DNA from: an uncultured Verrucomicrobiae bacterium
GTDB lineage: Bacteria > Verrucomicrobiota > Verrucomicrobiia > Chthoniobacterales > UBA10450
Direction of reading: 5' to 3'
DNA length: 64,000 bases
Assembly: GCA_963801815.1 (NCBI GenBank)
Contig: CAWDGJ010000003.1
Location: 448,001-512,000 of the forward strand
Each line of letters begins with the position of its first letter. The first letter of the stretch is position 1. The notes under the pieces were generated by a model. The model was not told the DNA's origin. It did not search any database and was given only the letters and a program-made list of their open reading frames with translations. A program made the position numbers and the translations under genes. Below are positions 12,403 to 24,486 of the stretch, piece after piece.

Positions 12403-12783
12403 TTACGGATGCTGCTGGCCCGGCATCGCGCGTTTCAGCTCGGCTTTCTTGTCGCCGGCCTGGTAGCGTCGATTCAGCTCACCCTCGATCGCGTAGATCT
12501 CGTTCTGCTGATCGGAGAAGGCTTCGCCTCCATGGTGAATGAATACGGGCACTCCCTGGCGTTCCGGTATGCTTGTTTGTCTCTGCGGAATTTGGCGATA
12601 GAGGTCGAGCCTGCGTTGCTGCAACGCGGCTGTCGTCCATTTGCGATATGGCGAATTCTCCGGCGAATAAGAGCCCGGCCCGGTTGTTTTTGGACCGACC
12701 GGCTGTCCATTGCCAGGTGTCCCCTGGCCGTAAGCAGAGCCAACGAGAACTGCGGCGATTGCGACTGCGAGTAACGTTTTCAT
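12403..12783 (-). CDS. Small secreted hypothetical protein
   Basis: MKTLLAVAIAAVLVGSAYG signal peptide, 126 aa. Confidence 0.65.
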   Translation of the reverse strand: MKTLLAVAIAAVLVGSAYGQGTPGNGQPVGPKTTGPGSYSPENSPYRKWTTAALQQRRLDLYRQIPQRQTSIPERQGVPVFIHHGGEAFSDQQNEIYAIEGELNRRYQAGDKKAELKRAMPGQQHP

Positions 12784-12955
12784 AGTCTTTATATTAGGTT
12801 CGTTTCTTCTAGGAGCAAAAGGTTCAAACATTTAACCGCGGGCGGTGCCTTACGTTGCGGAAGATTTGCTCGCTTTTGCAATAGATTCGGCTCTATTTCC
12901 GTCAAACCATCTGCTGGTTGACACGCTTAGGAGCGTTGTTAACGTCCACGCCCTT

Positions 12956-14276
12956 ATGAGATTTCCGCTCGCATTAACGACGAAGATCGCTGCCTACATT
13001 GTTGGGCATAAGCTGCGCGGCACGAAGAAATTCGCCACCGTTTTGCAGCTCGAACCGTTACACACCTGCAATCTGACCTGCACCGGCTGCGGGCGAATCC
13101 GCGAATATTCCACTTCGCTCAAGGACATGATGACGCTGGAGGACTGCCTGGGCGCGGCGGAGGAATGCAACGCGCCGATGGTCTCGATCTGCGGCGGCGA
13201 GCCGCTGATTTATCCGCACATCGAGGCCCTGGTGAACGGCCTGCTCGAGCAGGGCCGCATCGTTTACATCTGCACCAACGCCATGTTCATGCGCAAAAAG
13301 ATGCGCGAATGGATGGCGACAGAATTTCGGAATGCGGATAGCGGATTGCGGAAAGAGCTCGAAGCGAACGATCGGCGTGCTTGCTAGCGCGTGGCCTGAT
13401 TACGGAAAAGGACGCGGACGAAATTCGCAAGGGATCCGAAAGATCCTAAATAAGCCGAAGTGACGATTGGCCCGAGCAAATGGATGTATTGGAACGTCCA
13501 CCTCGACGGCCTCGAGCGGATGCACGATTTGATCGTCGAGCGCGAAGGCGTGTTCAAGGAATGCATTCTCGCGATCAAGATGGCGAAGATTCTCGGCTAC
13601 CAGGTCGCGACCAACACCACCATTTATAAAGAGACCGACATGGATGAGGTCGAGCAGATGTTCGATTATCTCTCCGATCTCGGCGTGGACGGGCATACCA
13701 TTTCGCCCGGCTACGAGTACGACGCGGCCAAGAAGGACATGATCAAGCGGTTGAATCTGCAGCCGGAAAATTTCTTCCTCACCCGCGAGATGACGAAGGA
13801 GAAGTTTTCCAAGATCGAGAAGTGGATGAACGATTACACGTTCTTCGGCACGCCGATCTATTTTGAATTTCTGGCCGGTAAACGCGATCTGACCTGCTCG
13901 GCCTGGGCGATTCCGACCCGCAACATTCGCGGCTGGAAAGGGCCCTGCTATTTAATGACCGACGCCCATTACTCGAGCTACGCCGAGCTGCTCGAGAAGG
14001 TGGAGTGGGAGAAATACGGCGTGGTCGATGGCGTCGCGCGCGATCCGCGTTGCGAAAATTGCATGGTCCACTGCGGCTACGAACCGACGGCTTCGTTGGG
14101 CTTGCAGTCGAAGCCGGCGACACCTGGAAGAACATTAAGTTCAATTTTGGGCCAAAACCGAAACCGACCGGCCGCGGCAGCGAGACTCGTCGCCTTCAAC
14201 GGCGTGAGCTGCGGGCAACGGCCATCTGACCGGCAAACAGGCGCAAGCCGAAGCGACCGCCACCAAGGCGTCGTAA
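12956..14276 (+). CDS. hpnH: Hopanoid-associated radical SAM protein (adenosylhopane synthase type), frameshifted
   Basis: LEPLHTCNLTCTGCG CxxxCxxC, SICGGEPL, GWKGPCYL, DPRCENCMVHCGYEP; adjacent to shc; end approximate. Confidence 0.85.
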
Positions 14277-14375
14277 GGATCGATCCTTCGTCGTGATGTC
14301 AGCTTGCACATAGCTCCGGCTCGACAAGACGATCGTGTCAAGCATGCAATTACCAGTCAAAATCTGACATCATAG

Positions 14376-16380
14376 ATGAGTTCGTCGCCGAGACGTTATC
14401 GCATTGCGAAGCGCGACGCCAGAACGCGGCAGAGCCGTTTGTCGCGACTGGCGCGAAATTTCCGACGCGATTTGCACGCGCGCAGGAAAATCTGTCTGCG
14501 CCAGCAACATGCAGACGGCCATTGGTGCGGCGAGTTGCTGGTCGATAGCACGCTTTGCTCCGATTTCGTGCTGTTCATGCACTGGCTGGGCGAGGTCGAT
14601 GTGAATCTCCAGGAACGCTGTGCCCGTCACATTCTGAAACGCCAGCTGCCGGACGGCGGCTGGAACATTTATTTTGGCGGCCCGAGCGAGATCAACGCGT
14701 CGGTGAAAGGTTATTTCGCGCTCAAGCTGGCCGGTTATTCGCCGATCTGCCGTTCATGCGCAAAGCGCGCGCGAACATCCTGCGCCTCGGCGGCATCCCG
14801 CGCATGAACACATTCAGCAAGCTTTATCTCGCGTTGCTCGGCCAGTTTCCCTGGAAATATCTGCCGACCATTCCGGTGGAAATGATTTTGCTGCCCGAGC
14901 TGGGCGCCGTTCCACATCTACAAAATGTCGTCCTGGAGCCGGGCGATGCTCATTCCGCTGGCGATCATCAACCATTTCAAGCCGACGCGCTCGTTGCCCG
15001 GCAACAAACAACTTCACGAGCTCTATCCGCTCGGCACCGAGCAAGGCGATTTGCGTTGCCGCGCGAGCGGACGGTTCTGGACCTGGCGCAATTTCTTCCT
15101 TCGGGTCAATGACGTGCTTGAAAGATTCTGCACCCGTTGCGAATCAGCCCGATGCGGAAACGTGCGCTCGAAGAAGCCGAACGCTGGATGCTCGAACGAA
15201 TCGGCGAGGGCAGCGACGGACTCGCCGCCGTTTTTCCGGCGATGCTGAATTGCCTGATCGCACTCCGGGCTCTCGGTTATCCGAAAGATCATCCCGTTTA
15301 CAAGAAGGCGGCGCAGGATTTCGCGGGATTGTTTGTCGACGATCCGGAAGATTTCCGCATCCAACCATGTCTCTCGCCGGTTTGGGACACCGCGATCAAC
15401 ATGATCGCGCTCGCCGAATCCGGCATGCCGGCCGACGATCCGGCGTTGCGCCACGCGGCGAAATGGCTGCTCGACAAGGAAGTTCGGATCCGCGGCGATT
15501 GGACGCGCAACAATCCGCATCGCGAAGCCAGCGGCTGGGCGTTCGAATACAACAACGTTTATTACCCGGACGTCGACGACACCGCGATGGTGCTGATGGC
15601 GTTGCGACTGGTGAAACCGGAGAATGAATCGGAGCTCGCCAACACGTTCCGGCGCGCACTCGATTGGCAGATGAGCTTTCCAATGCAGGGACGGCGGTTG
15701 GGCGGCGTTCGACAAGGACGTGACGACACCGTGGCTCGAAGACATGCCGTTCGCCGACCACAACGCGATTCTCGATCCGACCTGCAGCGATCTGACCGCG
15801 CGCACGCTCGAGTTGCTCGGTTACATCAATTTCAATCCGAGAGTCCGCAGCGTGCGCGATGGCGTTGCAATATCTGATCGACACCCAGGAGGACGACGGT
15901 TCGTGGTATGGACGCTGGGGCGTGAATTATATTTACGGCACCTGGCAGGTGCTGCGCGGATTGCGCGCCATCGGCCAGGACATGACCCAGGATTGGATTC
16001 TGCGCGGACGCGATTGGCTCGAGAGCTGTCAGAACGACGACGGCGGCTGGGGCGAAACCTGCGCCACCTACGACAATCCGGCGATGAAAGGAATCGGCAA
16101 AAGCACCGCGTCGCAAACGGCCTGGGCGATCATGGGAATTTGCGCGTGCGGCGATCTGAATCGTCCAAGCATTCAACGCGGTCTTCGTTTTCTGTTGAGC
16201 TCGCAAAAAGCCGACGGCTCATGGGACGAGCCGGAAATCACCGGAACCGGATTTCCCGGGCGTGTTTTATCTGAAGTACGACATGTACCGCCAGAATTTC
16301 CCGCTCCTGGCTCTCGCCACTTACGTGAATTACCGCAACGGCCTCGATCACCCAGCCGGGATTTTATCAGCGCGAGGTAG
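14376..16380 (+). CDS. shc: Squalene-hopene cyclase, multiple frameshifts
   Basis: QPCLSPVWDTA, YYPDVDDTA (DxDD), QW-type repeats QEDDGSWYGRWGVNYIYGT, QNDDGGWGE. Confidence 0.92.
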
Positions 16381-16525
16381 CGGCGATTGACCTCAGCGCT
16401 AGCGGCGATTCGGCTGAATCGGTCCGCAGCCAAGGATTGCAAGACACTTTCCGCGCTAGGTTCGGTATTTCGGCGCTACGCCTGATCAATTGACCGCCAT
16501 TCCGCATGCGGCCTAACGTGTTTGT

Positions 16526-17141
16526 ATGGCTTACGAACTACCGAAATTACCTTACGCCTACAACGCGCTCGAACCGCATATCGACGCGCGCACGATGGAA
16601 ATCCATTACACCAAGCATCATCAGGCTTACGTCACGAACGTTAACAACGCGATCAAAGGCAAAGCCGACCTGGAGAAGAAATCGGTCGAGGATTTGATTC
16701 GCAATTTGAACTCAGTGCCGGAAGACATCCGCACCGCCGTGCGCAACAACGGCGGCGGTCACGCGAATCATTCGTTCTTCTGGAAGATCATGGGCCCGAA
16801 GGCGGGCGGCGAACCAAACGGCAAACTGGCCGACGATATCAAATCCACCTTCGGCGGCTTCGATGAGTTCAAGGAAAAATTCGCCGCCGCCGGCGCCGGC
16901 CGATTCGGCAGCGGTTGGGCGTGGCTGATCAAGAACAAGAGCGGCAAACTCGAAATTATTTCCACGCCAACCAGGACAGTCCGCTCATGGGAAAAGCGAT
17001 TGCTGGACCGAAGGCACGCCGATTCTCGGCGTCGACGTTTGGGAACACGCTTACTATCTCAATTACCAGAACCGCCGGCCGGATTACATCAAGGCGTGGT
17101 GGAATGTGGTGAATTGGGACGCTGTGGCGAAGAATTATTGA
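16526..17141 (+). CDS. sodA: Fe/Mn superoxide dismutase, frameshifted near 3' end
   Basis: [49 protein letters not shown] in shifted frame. Confidence 0.9.
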
Positions 17142-17150
17142 TTGTTTGAT

Positions 17151-17212
17151 TTGGAGGGACGACCTCCGTGTCGTCCCCTCAATTCGTCGGACGCGACGGA
17201 GCGCGTCCCTCC

Positions 17213-17213
<1 letters not shown>
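17151..17213. repeat. GGAG-type REP double hairpin abutting the dapL start
   Basis: TGGAGGGACGACCTCCGTGTCGTCC ... GGACGCGACGGAGCGCGTCCCTCCA. Confidence 0.75.
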
Positions 17214-18453
<1,240 letters not shown>

Positions 18454-18545
18454 CACGATGTAATCGCCTGACGAATCGGTGAGCCGCTGCTACTTTCGTT
18501 GCGATCTAGGCCAGGCGCGTAACATTCGCGGCGGAGAAAATCCGG

Positions 18546-19029
18546 GTGGCCGAAGAAAAACAAGATCTGCTCCAGCTTTACCGCTTCTGTTTCCTGATGC
18601 TGGCCGATGCGGCGAAAGCGCAGGAAATTTTTCATGCGACTTTGCGCGAAGCCGCGCAATTGGCGGCCGACGGCGAATCGCCCGGGATCGCCTTGTGGTT
18701 TTTTCGAAACGCGCGTTGGCGCTGTCTGGAAGCAGGCGAGCAAGGTTTGCAGGCGGAGGATAGTCGATCTTGAGCAGGGCGAGCTCGCGGAATGGGGCGC
18801 CATCGCAAATTCAACAGCTCGAGCCGGAACAATTCGCCATCTGGATTGCAGCGGCCCCCGACCCGCAACGCACGCGCACTGGCGCTTTTTTATCTCGAAT
18901 GAGTTCAGTTATCGCGATTTGCTTTCGGTGACTGAGCTGAAACCGCCGGAATTGTCCAAATTGCTCGGCAACGGCCGTCGCGAATTTCAAGCATGGTTGG
19001 ACGCAACCTTCCCGGTATCGCAAGTATGA
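18546..19029 (+). CDS. Divergent ECF sigma-70-like protein, frameshifted
   Basis: LYRFCFLML...WFFRNARWRCL (region 2-like) and ALF..EFSYRDL...LSKLLGNGR (region 4-like). Confidence 0.55.
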
Positions 19030-19801
19030 GCGCGAGTCCAACTTTCGCGACGCGACCAAATTCTGGTGCAGTGCGCGCCGGTTCGCGAAGAGCATGTGGA
19101 TGATCGCGCGTTACGAACGGCACTGCATCGCGCTCGCAAGACGCCGGCGTTTGCGACCCAGCAAAATTTCGACAAAGCGGTGAGCGCATTGGTTCAGGCC
19201 ATTCCAATTCCGAAAGAAATCATTGAATGGGTGCCGACTGAAACGTTCATCGCGCCGGCGAGGCGCAACTGGAAGAAATACGTGCAGAATCCGGTCTTTC
19301 TCGCGACCGGCATCGCCGCGCTCGTGATCGCGGTGATTTTGGTTTTCCAATTGATCGATCGACTGAACCGTTTTCCCGGTGAACCGACCGCGCGCCGGCT
19401 ACTGACGACTGCGGCCTCGACGCACTCGGTGATCTTGGATCCAGTGAAGACAACTGCTGGCGCGCTCGGCGATTACTTTTTCATGAAGCATCGGCTCGCG
19501 CATTACGACGTGCCGGCAGAGTTTGCCGAATTGAAAACGCTCGGAGTTCGCGTTTTTGACGATGAAGAAGGTCAGCGAGTCGCCCAGGTCTGGGCTGTGG
19601 AAAAGAAGATGCAGTTTTTCCTTTTTCCGGCGGAACGCGATCCGAAAAGCGGTGCGACCAAACATTTCAGACGGCTGGCGTTACGTGGATCAGGATCGTT
19701 GGACTGGTGTCGTGGAAGAGCAAGGCGGCGTTTGCTTCATGGCTGCGCTGCGAGGAAGCGAAAAAGATCTCGCGCCTTACGTTTCGGCGAAGAAAGAATG
19801 A
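19026..19801 (+). CDS. Single-TM anti-sigma-like protein, frameshifted
   Basis: ATGA overlap with upstream gene; cytoplasmic FDKAVSALVQAIPIP, one TM, periplasmic domain. Confidence 0.55.
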
Positions 19802-19852
19802 TTGTAGCGGCGCTCTGTGAGCTCCGTCGGCGGTCATAGTCCGCCGCTACAG
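19802..19852. repeat. GTAG-type REP
   Basis: TGTAGCGGCG...CGCCGCTACA; related partial copies at about 38451-38476 and 54486-54499. Confidence 0.7.
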
Positions 19853-19903
19853 AGCACGTTGACAGTCGAGACGGTGCGATTGAACGTTGTCGCCGCTTAC
19901 TTC

Positions 19904-19975
19904 GCCAGGGTAGCTCAGCGGTAGAGCAGGGGACTCATAAGCCCTTGGTCGGGAGTTCAATTCTCCCCCCTGGCA
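19904..19975 (+). tRNA. tRNA with CAT anticodon, probably elongator tRNA-Met (Ile2 not excluded); CCA not encoded
   Basis: Acceptor GCCAGGG/CCCTGGC, D arm GCTC..GAGC, loop CTCATAA, T loop TTCAATT; paired 1-72 argues against fMet. Confidence 0.93.
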
Positions 19976-20046
19976 GTTTTTTGATTGCCAAATTCCAATT
20001 GAATTCGGAGTTGGACGTTCAGCGTTGAGCGTTGGACGTTTCATCG

Positions 20047-21567
20047 GTGAACGAAGAGATCGAGAAATTCTTCGCCCGCGGGAATGACTACTGGTTGACC
20101 CGATTCGTCATTCTGCGGCTGCTTGGTTTCGTCTACGTGATCGCGTTCCTGGTCGCGGTGAATCAACTGGTGCCGTTGATTGGCGCGACCGGTTTAACGC
20201 CGGCCCACGATTTTCTTTCGCGGGTACACTCTCATTACGGCTCCCGAACGCAGGGAATGATGCACATGCCGTCCCTGTTTTGGTTCGGTGTGTCGGATTT
20301 TGGCTTGTCGATCTTCGCCTGGATCGGTCTCGTGCTGTCGCTAATCGTCATGTGCGGTTACGCGAACGCAATTCTGCTCGCGTTGCTCTGGGTCATCTAC
20401 ATGTCGATCGTTCATATCGGCAATATCTGGTACGGTTACGGTTGGGAGATTCAGCTCCTCGAAACTGGATTCCTCTCGATTTTTCTTTGTCCGTTGATCG
20501 ATCCGCGCCCATTTCCAAAGTCGCGTCCGCCAATTTTGGTGTTCTGGCTTTTTCGCTGGCTCGGGTTTCGGATCATGGTCGGCGCGGGTTTGATCAAGCT
20601 TCGCGGGGACGATTGCTGGCGCGATCTGACCTGCATGTATTATCATTACGAAACTCAGCCGATTCCGAACCCGATCAGCCGCTATCTGCATTTCCTGCCG
20701 CATTGGTTTCATAATCTGGAAGTAGTTTGGAACCATTTCGTCGAGCTGATCGTGCCGTGGTTTTCCTTTGGACCGCGAAAGGTACGCCACATCGCGGGCG
20801 TATTGCTCGTCCTGTTTCAGGTCATTCTCATCATCAGCGGAAATCTTTCGTTTCTAAATTATCTGACGATCATTCCGTTTCTGGCGTGCTTCGATGACAC
20901 GCTGTTGCGTCGGGTGTTACCGAAATCGCTTGTTAAACGGGCTGAAGAAGCGGCAGCGCAATCGCAGCCGTCGCGCGTTCACAATGGGATTTCTGTCGCT
21001 TTAGCCGTATTGGTCGCGTGGTTAAGCATTCCGACGGTAATGAATCTCGCCGGCGGACGTCAGTTGATGAATTACTCGTTCGATCCGCTCGATTTGGTCA
21101 ACACCTACGGCGCGTTCGGTACGGTCGGTCGCGAGCGCGACGAAATTGTTTTCGAAGGGACAGACGACGCAGTCATTACCGGCGAAACGAAATGGAAAGA
21201 ATATGAATTCAAAGCCAAACCAGGCGACCCGGATCGGCGCCCGGCGTTTATCGCGCCGTATCAACCGCGGATAGACTGGCAAATCTGGTTCGCGGCGATG
21301 GAGACGCCCGCCGAGTATCCATGGACCTTTCATTTCGTCTGGAAACTCCTGCACAATGACAAGAACACGTTGTCGTTGCTGGCGAACAATCCGTTTCCAG
21401 ATGCCCCACCAAGATTCATCCGTGCGCGTCTGTATCGTTATGAATTTGCGCCACTCGGCGATAAAGGATGGTGGAAGCGGGAACTTATCGGTGAATGGCT
21501 GCCGGCATTATCGGTGGATAATGAGCAACTGCGTGAGGTGCTGGCCGCGAAAGCGTGGCTCGATTAA
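20047..21567 (+). CDS. Lipase maturation factor (LMF) family membrane protein
   Basis: YGYGWEIQLLETGFL, AGLIKLRGD.CWRDLT, YHYETQPIPNP, YQPRIDWQIWFAA. Confidence 0.9.
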   Translation: MNEEIEKFFARGNDYWLTRFVILRLLGFVYVIAFLVAVNQLVPLIGATGLTPAHDFLSRVHSHYGSRTQGMMHMPSLFWFGVSDFGLSIFAWIGLVLSLIVMCGYANAILLALLWVIYMSIVHIGNIWYGYGWEIQLLETGFLSIFLCPLIDPRPFPKSRPPILVFWLFRWLGFRIMVGAGLIKLRGDDCWRDLTCMYYHYETQPIPNPISRYLHFLPHWFHNLEVVWNHFVELIVPWFSFGPRKVRHIAGVLLVLFQVILIISGNLSFLNYLTIIPFLACFDDTLLRRVLPKSLVKRAEEAAAQSQPSRVHNGISVALAVLVAWLSIPTVMNLAGGRQLMNYSFDPLDLVNTYGAFGTVGRERDEIVFEGTDDAVITGETKWKEYEFKAKPGDPDRRPAFIAPYQPRIDWQIWFAAMETPAEYPWTFHFVWKLLHNDKNTLSLLANNPFPDAPPRFIRARLYRYEFAPLGDKGWWKRELIGEWLPALSVDNEQLREVLAAKAWLD

Positions 21568-21600
21568 CAGGACCGACAATTCGCTGCAGGGGCATCATTC

Positions 21601-22614
21601 ATGAGATCGCGTTCGGTCGTCACGGAAAAGTTTCTTGAGCAAATCGCCGACCCGAAATCGCGTCACCATTCCAATTACCTGGCCTATCAGCGCGGTGAAA
21701 TTACACGACGACAACTGATTTCGCGTCTGCCGCACGTCGCGATGATTGGCGACAGTGTGTGCACGGGAATCTATGTGACGACGCGCTGGAGCACGTTTTG
21801 GCGGGCGCGTGATCGTCACAACCGCAATTGGTTTCTCGATCTTAGTCCAGCGCGAGAAATCCAAAGCGTGTCCAGGCGTTTGAAAGAGATAACACCATTC
21901 GTGGCGATTCATTGCGCCGGCGTGGGCGCCATGATCGATGCTGAGGGCGAACGGGAAACCCGTTTCCGGCGAATTCTCGGCACGCGTAATCTGTCCGGTC
22001 AAATCAATCAACTCATTCGCGCGCGCCGATTTCCCGATCTGGTTCTGGTTTCAATCGGGCATAACAATGTGGATTGGGCCTGGCGCTGTCCGCCGGACGA
22101 GCTCGAACAATCGGAAGAGCGTTTGCAACGCCAGCGCCAGTGTGTTCGGGAACTTTTCGCCCGTCGGCTGCGACCGCTGATTCACCATACACAGCAGCAA
22201 CGTCATCGCGTCGCCATTGTCGTTTTTGGCCTGATAAACTTTGAAGCCTACTTTAAAGGCCGTGAACAAGCGGAGCGTTTGCGTGCCACGAACTCAGCAT
22301 TGTATCCACACCTCGAAACGACCTACGAATACCTGATCTCGTTTCGTCCGGCTTTGCGTGAGAATGTGATTCGTCTCGCGGTGATGGTGAACGACGAGCT
22401 TCGAGCGATGGTGGAGGAGTTCAATCGTGAACTCCCAGGGAACTCAAATGTGCAGCTGCGTTATTCCGACGCGCTGGCAACTGCGGATTTGAGTCGCGCT
22501 GAGCTTCTTCACGCTATCGACGGCTGGCACGCGTCGGCTAAAGGACACAACGTTCTTGCCGAAGCGGCGTTCGACGATCTCATTTCGAGTTTGCAATTTC
22601 TCGGGATCATTTGA
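21601..22614 (+). CDS. SGNH/GDSL hydrolase
   Basis: Block I MIGDSV, block III SIGHNN, block V DGWH. Confidence 0.75.
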   Translation: MRSRSVVTEKFLEQIADPKSRHHSNYLAYQRGEITRRQLISRLPHVAMIGDSVCTGIYVTTRWSTFWRARDRHNRNWFLDLSPAREIQSVSRRLKEITPFVAIHCAGVGAMIDAEGERETRFRRILGTRNLSGQINQLIRARRFPDLVLVSIGHNNVDWAWRCPPDELEQSEERLQRQRQCVRELFARRLRPLIHHTQQQRHRVAIVVFGLINFEAYFKGREQAERLRATNSALYPHLETTYEYLISFRPALRENVIRLAVMVNDELRAMVEEFNRELPGNSNVQLRYSDALATADLSRAELLHAIDGWHASAKGHNVLAEAAFDDLISSLQFLGII

Positions 22615-22615
22615 T

Positions 22616-24334
22616 TTACAACCCGCGCTCTTTCAGACGCGCGATGGTATCACGCATCATGCGATAGCCGAAGTGGCCTTGCGGCACGCGCAGCAGTTCC
22701 GACCCGCGCCATTTCTGATGGAGCGCTTCGATGTCCTGTGCCGGAGCGACCAGATCGAATTCGCCAAGAACAAAAAGCACTCGCGCCGGATCGCACAACG
22801 GGTCCGTGTGCGATGGCGAGCTGAGATGAAAATGCCGCGCCACTAAGGCTGGTGCGATGTTCGCTCGGCGTAGTTTTCGCCGCATCGTTGCAGTTGCCGG
22901 ATTTTGCCAGATCGCGTGTTCGACATTCACAATCGGCGCCATCAGTGCCAGAAAACGGAAATCGCTTTCCACGGTGGCGAGTAGCGCGCCAATCCACGCC
23001 CCGTAACTGGTCCCGAGAATTCCGAACTCGCGACAGCCCTGTTCGCGCAATGCTGCGATCAATTGCCGAACTTCCATTACGCCCTGGCGCAATCCTTCAG
23101 CGTTTCGAATGAGATCGGCTGTGATGGCGAGCTCGCCGTTCCAATAGCCGCGCGGCACACGCGAGTAGTGATACGGCAGGTGAACGAAGCAGGCGTTCCA
23201 GCCGAGCTCGTTGAATCGCATCGCCCACCGACGATAGCCAATATTGGCGGCCGACATCAGGGCGTGCAACATGAATACAGTCGGGGCCGCTCGGGGATGT
23301 GCGCTTGGAAAAAATTCGGCACGCGCGGTGTTGTTCCGGACGAATTCGGTTTGAATCGGGCTGCGCCATGCGACCTTCGGGCCGTTTCCATTGGCAATCG
23401 CGCGCCCCAGGGCGCCATCATTTGACGCGGCGTAATACTCATGTGGCGTGAGCTTCTCGCACGCGGCCACGTATTTCTTCATCGCTTCCGCACTGTGACC
23501 GTTCAGCCGATGCCGCGCTTGGAGTAGATTCATCGACGTGCACATCGCGAAATCGACGGCTAAAGCTTTGAAGCGTCGAATTGGTAGGGACGCCGGGCCG
23601 CGGTGTCTGCGGACCGAGTAGCGCGCTGTCCCTACCCTTTTCCTGCGCTCGTGCGGCGGGTGCGGAAGATCGTCGGAAGTAAGCCGAAATTGTCCGCGCA
23701 AATCGGCATAAAGTTTTTGGAATCCGTTCTTCAGTTCGTTTTCGATCCGACCGCGGGCAGCGGACCTTTCCAAGCCGGGAAGGATTTCTATGGGTTTACC
23801 GAACGCGATCCAAACCGGTGTGCGTTTCAACGGCAGCCAGCTTCGCGTCGCGTAAAGTCGATCGCTGCCAAGAATGACGCACGGCAACACTGGAACCTGA
23901 GCGATGTGCGCCAAGGTTGAAGCCCCGGCGCGGAGCGGCGCGCCTTCGAGCAATGACTGCGCGCCGTCGCGAATCCCGCCTTCGGGAAATACGCCAACGA
24001 TGCGACCGCGTTTCAATCGCTCGATCGCGGTGCGAATCGTGTTGCGATCGGCGCGGTCACGCTCGGCCGGGAATGCGTCCACTGCGCGCAGGAACAAGCC
24101 GACGATTGGTAGCGGAAAAAATTCGGCCATGGCCATCCAGTCGATTTTCCGTCGCACGACCGACGAAATAATGAACGGGTCAAAGTGACTGATGTGATTT
24201 GATGCGAGCAGCAACCCACCGGCGCCTTCCGTGTTTTCCAGTCCGAGGACATAAACGCGCGACGAGTAACCGAACAGCGTTTTCATGAAGAGCGCCGCCG
24301 TCCGATTGGCAATTGAATGTAGGGTCTCGCCCAT
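22616..24334 (-). CDS. PlsC-type acyltransferase fused to alpha/beta hydrolase
   Basis: NHISHFD (HxxxxD) and FPEGG; C-terminal GTSYG nucleophile, D(LVAP) and GH. Confidence 0.8.
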   Translation of the reverse strand: MGETLHSIANRTAALFMKTLFGYSSRVYVLGLENTEGAGGLLLASNHISHFDPFIISSVVRRKIDWMAMAEFFPLPIVGLFLRAVDAFPAERDRADRNTIRTAIERLKRGRIVGVFPEGGIRDGAQSLLEGAPLRAGASTLAHIAQVPVLPCVILGSDRLYATRSWLPLKRTPVWIAFGKPIEILPGLERSAARGRIENELKNGFQKLYADLRGQFRLTSDDLPHPPHERRKRVGTARYSVRRHRGPASLPIRRFKALAVDFAMCTSMNLLQARHRLNGHSAEAMKKYVAACEKLTPHEYYAASNDGALGRAIANGNGPKVAWRSPIQTEFVRNNTARAEFFPSAHPRAAPTVFMLHALMSAANIGYRRWAMRFNELGWNACFVHLPYHYSRVPRGYWNGELAITADLIRNAEGLRQGVMEVRQLIAALREQGCREFGILGTSYGAWIGALLATVESDFRFLALMAPIVNVEHAIWQNPATATMRRKLRRANIAPALVARHFHLSSPSHTDPLCDPARVLFVLGEFDLVAPAQDIEALHQKWRGSELLRVPQGHFGYRMMRDTIARLKERGL

Positions 24335-24342
24335 TTGTCGAC

Positions 24343-24486
24343 CATAGCCCAGCCTTCCAAGGCTGGGAAAGCAATAGGGTTTTGAAATGAGTCCCTGGGA
24401 GGGATGGCAGAATTTCTTTCGTCCCTATTGGGACTCTGATCTGAAATCTTCCAAGACCCCAGCGCTAAAGCGCTGAGCTATTTTCA
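24343..24486. repeat. REP-like multi-hairpin element
   Basis: ATAGCCCAGCCTTCCAAGGCTGGG, GTCCC..GGGA pairs, CCCAGCGCTAAAGCGCTGAGCTAT. Confidence 0.6.
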
